Source: an uncultured Chloroflexia bacterium (lineage in GTDB: Bacteria; Chloroflexota; Anaerolineae; JAAYZQ01). Taken from it: a DNA stretch of 64,000 bases. Below the pieces are notes generated by a model, which saw only the letters and a program-made list of their open reading frames with translations, did no database searches and was not told where the DNA came from. Shown here piece by piece: positions 60,182 through 64,000 of this stretch. Both the position numbers and the translations under genes were made by a program. The stretch lies in contig CAVOXA010000010.1 in the NCBI GenBank assembly GCA_963700285.1, forward strand, positions 1,792,001-1,856,000, in the 5' to 3' direction. Each line of letters begins with the position of its first letter. Position 1 is the first letter of the stretch.

Positions 60182-61699
60182 ATGCTTGCCAAAGTCGCCA
60201 GCTTTGCCCTGATCGGCCTGGAAAGTACCCTCGTTGACGTGGAGGTCGACATCAGCCGCGGCCTGCCCTCTCAGATCATCGTCGGCCTGCCCGATGCCGC
60301 CGTCCGAGAATCCAGCGAGCGCGTACGAGCGGCCATCGTCAACTCCGGCCTCATCCATCCCCGCGCCCGCCTGACGGTCAACCTGGCCCCCGCCGATCTA
60401 CGCAAGGCGGGCCCGGCCTACGACCTGCCCATCGCCGTCTGCATTCTCCTGGCCACAGAGCAGGTCAGTGCCGACCTGGCGTCGGCCGGCCTGGTTGGGG
60501 AGCTGTCACTGGATGGCCAGGTCCGGGGCGTAACCGGCATGTTGCCCATGGCCGTCGCGGCCCTGGAGCGGGGGCTGACTACTCTCATCGTGCCCGAGTC
60601 CAACGCCGCGGAAGCGGCCCTGGTCCAGGGGCTGGAGGTGATCCCGGTACGCAGCTTGAGCAGCCTGGTCGGCCACCTCCACGGCTATACTCCCATCCCG
60701 CCCTACGAGGGTTCACTGACAGAAGGCGATGGGCTTCCTGTCTATCCGGTCGATTTTCGCGATGTGAAAGGGCAGGAACATGTCAAACGGGCGCTGGAGG
60801 TTGCCTCCGCAGGCTCGCACAATGTGCTTCTCAGCGGCCCGCCGGGCGCAGGCAAGACCCTTTTGGCCCGCGCCGTGCCCTCCATCCTGCCGCGGATGAC
60901 CTTCGAGGAATCGCTGACCGTAACCAAGATCTATAGCGTTGCCGGCCAGTTGCCGCCCGGCATCCCGCTCATCCGCCACCGGCCCTTCCGGGCGCCCCAC
61001 CATACCATCAGCTACGCGGGTCTCGTCGGCGGCGGCAAGGTGCCTCATCCGGGCGAGATCTCTTTGGCGCATCGCGGCGTCCTCTTCTTGGACGAGCTGC
61101 CCGAGTTTGGAACAAGGCTGCTGGAAATGCTGCGCCAGCCACTGGAGGACAAACAACTGACTATCGCCCGCAGTTCGGGTTCTCTGACCTTTCCGACCAA
61201 TTTCATGCTGATCGCGGCACAAAACCCATGTCCCTGTGGTTACTACGGCGATCCGGTCAAAGAGTGCACCTGCTCCAACAGCATGGTCAGCCGCTACCAG
61301 AAGCGCATCTCTGGGCCGTTGTTAGACCGCTTTGACATCCACATCGAGGTCCCCCGTGTGGACTATGAAAAGCTCTCCGGCGACCGGTTGGGGGAGCCCT
61401 CGGCCGCCATCCGGGAGCGGGTGGAGGCGGCGCGGGAGCGCCAGCGCCAGCGATTTGAGGGTACGAGCCTGCTGTCCAACGCCGATATGGGCGCGGCCGA
61501 GGTGCGCAATTTTTGCCAGGTCGATGAAGCCGGCCGGAACCTGCTGCGGGCGGCCATGCAGCAGCTCCACATGAGCGCCCGGGCCTACCATCGCATCCTC
61601 AAGCTGTCCCGGACGATTGCTGACCTGGCCGGCAGCGATGCCATCGAGACGGCGCACCTGGCGGAGGCGATCCAGTACCGGCCTCGGAGGCAGAGCTAG
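60182..61699 (+). CDS. comM: YifB/ComM Mg-chelatase-like AAA+ ATPase
   Basis: VGLPDAAVRES, NLAPADLRK, GPPGAGKT, RPFRAPHH, LFLDELPEF, NPCPCGY, SGPLLDRFD, SARAYHRILK. Confidence 0.92.
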   Translation: MLAKVASFALIGLESTLVDVEVDISRGLPSQIIVGLPDAAVRESSERVRAAIVNSGLIHPRARLTVNLAPADLRKAGPAYDLPIAVCILLATEQVSADLASAGLVGELSLDGQVRGVTGMLPMAVAALERGLTTLIVPESNAAEAALVQGLEVIPVRSLSSLVGHLHGYTPIPPYEGSLTEGDGLPVYPVDFRDVKGQEHVKRALEVASAGSHNVLLSGPPGAGKTLLARAVPSILPRMTFEESLTVTKIYSVAGQLPPGIPLIRHRPFRAPHHTISYAGLVGGGKVPHPGEISLAHRGVLFLDELPEFGTRLLEMLRQPLEDKQLTIARSSGSLTFPTNFMLIAAQNPCPCGYYGDPVKECTCSNSMVSRYQKRISGPLLDRFDIHIEVPRVDYEKLSGDRLGEPSAAIRERVEAARERQRQRFEGTSLLSNADMGAAEVRNFCQVDEAGRNLLRAAMQQLHMSARAYHRILKLSRTIADLAGSDAIETAHLAEAIQYRPRRQS

Positions 61700-61846
61700 G
61701 TATCTCGCCGAATCGCGGTATCAGATTAGGCAGGACCGGAGGTCAAGCAGGCTGAGGCAACGTGGGAGAAGGGGACTGCAGATACCCTGCCTCATCGGTC
61801 ACAGGCCGCAGAAGGCTTGGCCTAGGCGTCTTTTGCGGGGTTGCTT

Positions 61847-62173
61847 TCAGAGTATACTACCACCATCCCCGTCGAACTCCTGCGGATCGCAGCCGACAAC
61901 CCGGAATCAACAGAAGGCTATCTCGCCGCAGTCGAGGTCCGGTGGCGCCGGCGGTATGCACACGTCTGGGTAGCAGGGGCTGCAGATTGGGTCAGGTGTG
62001 GGTGGAGGCGATAGAGGGCTACCTCTGCTGACGTACGGCAAGTAAGCACCCGCAGCGGGTAGGCGAGAAGCAAAGACGGAAACTTGTGCGCCAGGCATCC
62101 TACTCTCCACTACGAGTAGCAGAGCGGCCACGATGACTATCAAGCCTGCGACTGCCACGGTCTTTCGCAGCAC
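61847..62173 (-). pseudogene. Degraded small secreted protein with Excalibur-like Cys/Ca-binding motif (5' boundary approximate)
   Basis: Signal-like LRKTVAVAGLIVIVAALLL; AYLPYVSR; CSPCYPDVCIPPAPPDLDCGEIAFC*FRVVGCDPQEFDGDGGSIL* with an internal stop. Confidence 0.55.
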
Positions 62174-62274
62174 GGATTCGGTTCTCCTTGCGAGCTGGTG
62201 GGTGGCTCCTGTGTCCCTATTGTATGCCAAATTACACAGGAGGGCAAGTCGGGCTCTCAAATCTTGGCCAGCGG

Positions 62275-62494
62275 GCCAACGCATTCGAATGGCGTGCTTT
62301 TGATGGCAGCCTGTTGTCTTGACGAAAGCGCCCAGGAGATGACCTTTCTCTTTTCTACTCGCCTGACCGTAGCGGGCCTGAAGCAGCCTGAGGAGGGTGC
62401 CGTCGACTTGACTCACGGGAAGGCTCCTTTCTTGGGTAGCATCTTCTCATGAATCATCGAACCAGCTACGGTAACGTTTATTCGCGAGTCGACA
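62275..62494 (-). mobile_element. 5' remnant of an IS (ISNCY/IS481-like integrase-domain transposase N-terminus plus left end)
   Basis: ARYGQASRKEKGHLLGAFVKTTGCHQKHAIR resembles the RY..A.K.EK..ILDEF...TGYHRK.AIR N-terminus; minus strand begins TGTCGACTC...GTTACCG. Confidence 0.6.
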
Positions 62495-62536
62495 AACGCT
62501 CTTCAGCAATCTTCTTAGTGAGTCAAGTCGAAGTAT

Positions 62537-62565
62537 TGACTCCTGCACGCTGTTTTGGTACAATT
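62537..62565 (+). promoter_or_regulatory. Promoter upstream of the serpin gene
   Basis: TTGACT-17 nt-TACAAT with extended TG. Confidence 0.6.
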
Positions 62566-62820
62566 GATTCAGTCATCCCTGAACAACACTGCTCACAGTT
62601 CCTTGCAGCCTCATCGAGGATTGAACCGGTGACCAAGGTACTTGGTGCGCCACGGTCGCAGTCATCAAAGTATAGCACCCGTTCGCCGTCAAGGTGTGGT
62701 GGGTCTTATGCTTTGCCGAGATCCTAGCGTCAAGGTGAGCAGGGCTTCCGCCTGACAGGTCTCGTCCGCTCGTGCCATCCCACGCGCAGGTTCGCTGAAC
62801 CAGCAGGAGGAGGATCTGAG

Positions 62821-64000
62821 ATGAGACTCCGGAGACTTTTACAGTACGCCATCAGTATGGCAGGGATCCTGTCGCTCTTGGTTGGGTGCAGCGCCCCCGC
62901 AGTTGCCCCTGGGGCTGTTGCAGCGTCCTCAAAGGAGCGTATCTTCTCACCAGACACATCGAGCGCGGACCTGAGGGAATTGGCAGCCGGCAATAACGCT
63001 TTCGCCTTCGACCTATACCAGGCTTTGCGTGGCGGAGAGGAAAACCTCCTCTATTCGCCCTATAGCATATCCGTCGCAATGGCCATGGTCTATGCCGGCG
63101 CGCGCGGACAGACGGAACAGCAAATGGCCGATACGCTGCACTTCGAGCTGCCTCAGGAACGGCTGCATCCGGCCTTTAATTCCCTGGACCTCGAATTGGA
63201 CAGCCGCAGCCTCGCAAACACCCGGCTAGACATCGCCAACGCGCTCTGGGGACAGGCAGGGTACACCTTCCTGCGCGAGTACCTGGACCTGCTGGCGCTG
63301 AACTATGGTGCAGGCGTCAGGGTTGTCGACTTTCAGGCTGGCGCCCCTGCGGCGGCCGATGCCATCAACCAATGGGTCAGCCGGGAGACCGAAGGCCGCA
63401 TCCGAGACATTCTGGGACCAGACAGCCTTGGGTCGGACACAGTGCTCGTGCTGGTCGACGCCATCTACTTCGATGCCGACTGGAATTTGCCCTTTGACGA
63501 GGCACGCACCAGAGACGAGCCCTTCCACTTGCTGGACGGCGGTGAGGAGTGGGTGCCCTTGATGTACCAACAGAGCTATTTCTCCTATACAGAGGGCGAT
63601 GGCTATCAGGCGATCCAGTTGCTCTACGAGAACCGCAACCTTGCCATGGTCATCCTGCTACCCAGGAGGGCCAGTTCGGCGAGATCGAGGAGCGGCTGAC
63701 GGCCGACTGGGTGACGGCTGTGCTGAACAGTTTCGACTTGCATGACGTGAGACTAACCATGCCCAAGTTCGGCTTTGAGACACCTGTGCTGAACCTCGGG
63801 CAGATACTCGGAGCCATGGGCATGCCCGACGCGTTTTCAAAGCGCGATGCTGATTTTTCTGCGGTGGCCCGACTACAACCCGGCGAGGCCATCTACCTCA
63901 GCAAAGTATTGCACAAGGCCTTTATTGACGTCGCTGAGGAAGGGACAGAGGCTGCTGCAGCGGTGGTGGTCGTAGAGGAAGTCGAAATAGAGATAGAAGT
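62821..64000 (+). CDS. Serpin-family lipoprotein (partial; frameshift near 63665; runs off window)
   Basis: Lipobox LLVGC; NNAFAFDLY, SPYSIS, IANALW, INQWVSRETEGRI, AIYFDADW, MVILLP; second frame MPKF..HKAFIDVAEEGTEAAA (hinge). Confidence 0.9.

Noticed and set aside
61847-61909. Second selenoprotein (in-frame TGAs in the Excalibur-like ORF)
   Set aside because: The first TGA falls where related motifs typically have a non-Cys residue, neighbouring conserved residues look degraded, no clear SECIS is present, and the gene abuts an IS remnant; a pseudogene is more likely.

Overview
GC-rich bacterial chromosomal window, most consistent with an anaerobic Chloroflexota (Anaerolineae-like) genome. 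That assignment is inferred from C-terminal YLP motifs on secreted proteins, paired FemAB genes and a GAAC-N4-GTTC-type LexA box. 0.2-5.2 kb is a mobile-element patch: an 832-aa DDE transposase element, a GGGACAC repeat cluster, a repeat-flanked hicBA module, and a truncated group IIC intron fused to an IS630 remnant. 6.4-25 kb holds minus-strand metabolic operons with many single-base frameshifts, probably sequencing errors: larA-glcF-glcD-pckA-thiS, and ldh2-HD-CoA-ligase beta(+ferredoxin)-DUF333-CoA-ligase alpha-citryl-CoA lyase-leuC-leuD. The remainder is mostly housekeeping: recA, an mshA-like glycosyltransferase, era, femAB x2, an ECF transporter, a membrane-arm-only nuoAHJKLMN operon, comM/yifB and a serpin. 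The strongest candidate novelty is a class I SAM methyltransferase (28408-29208) with two consecutive in-frame UGA codons followed by a SECIS-like hairpin, i.e. a probable tandem Sec-Sec selenoprotein. Also notable are two diverged 3'-end remnants of the large IS, each 33-34 nt upstream of an extended -10 promoter, and a candidate attenuator leader in front of the citrate-cleavage-like operon. All family assignments are by motif recognition; no database searches were run.
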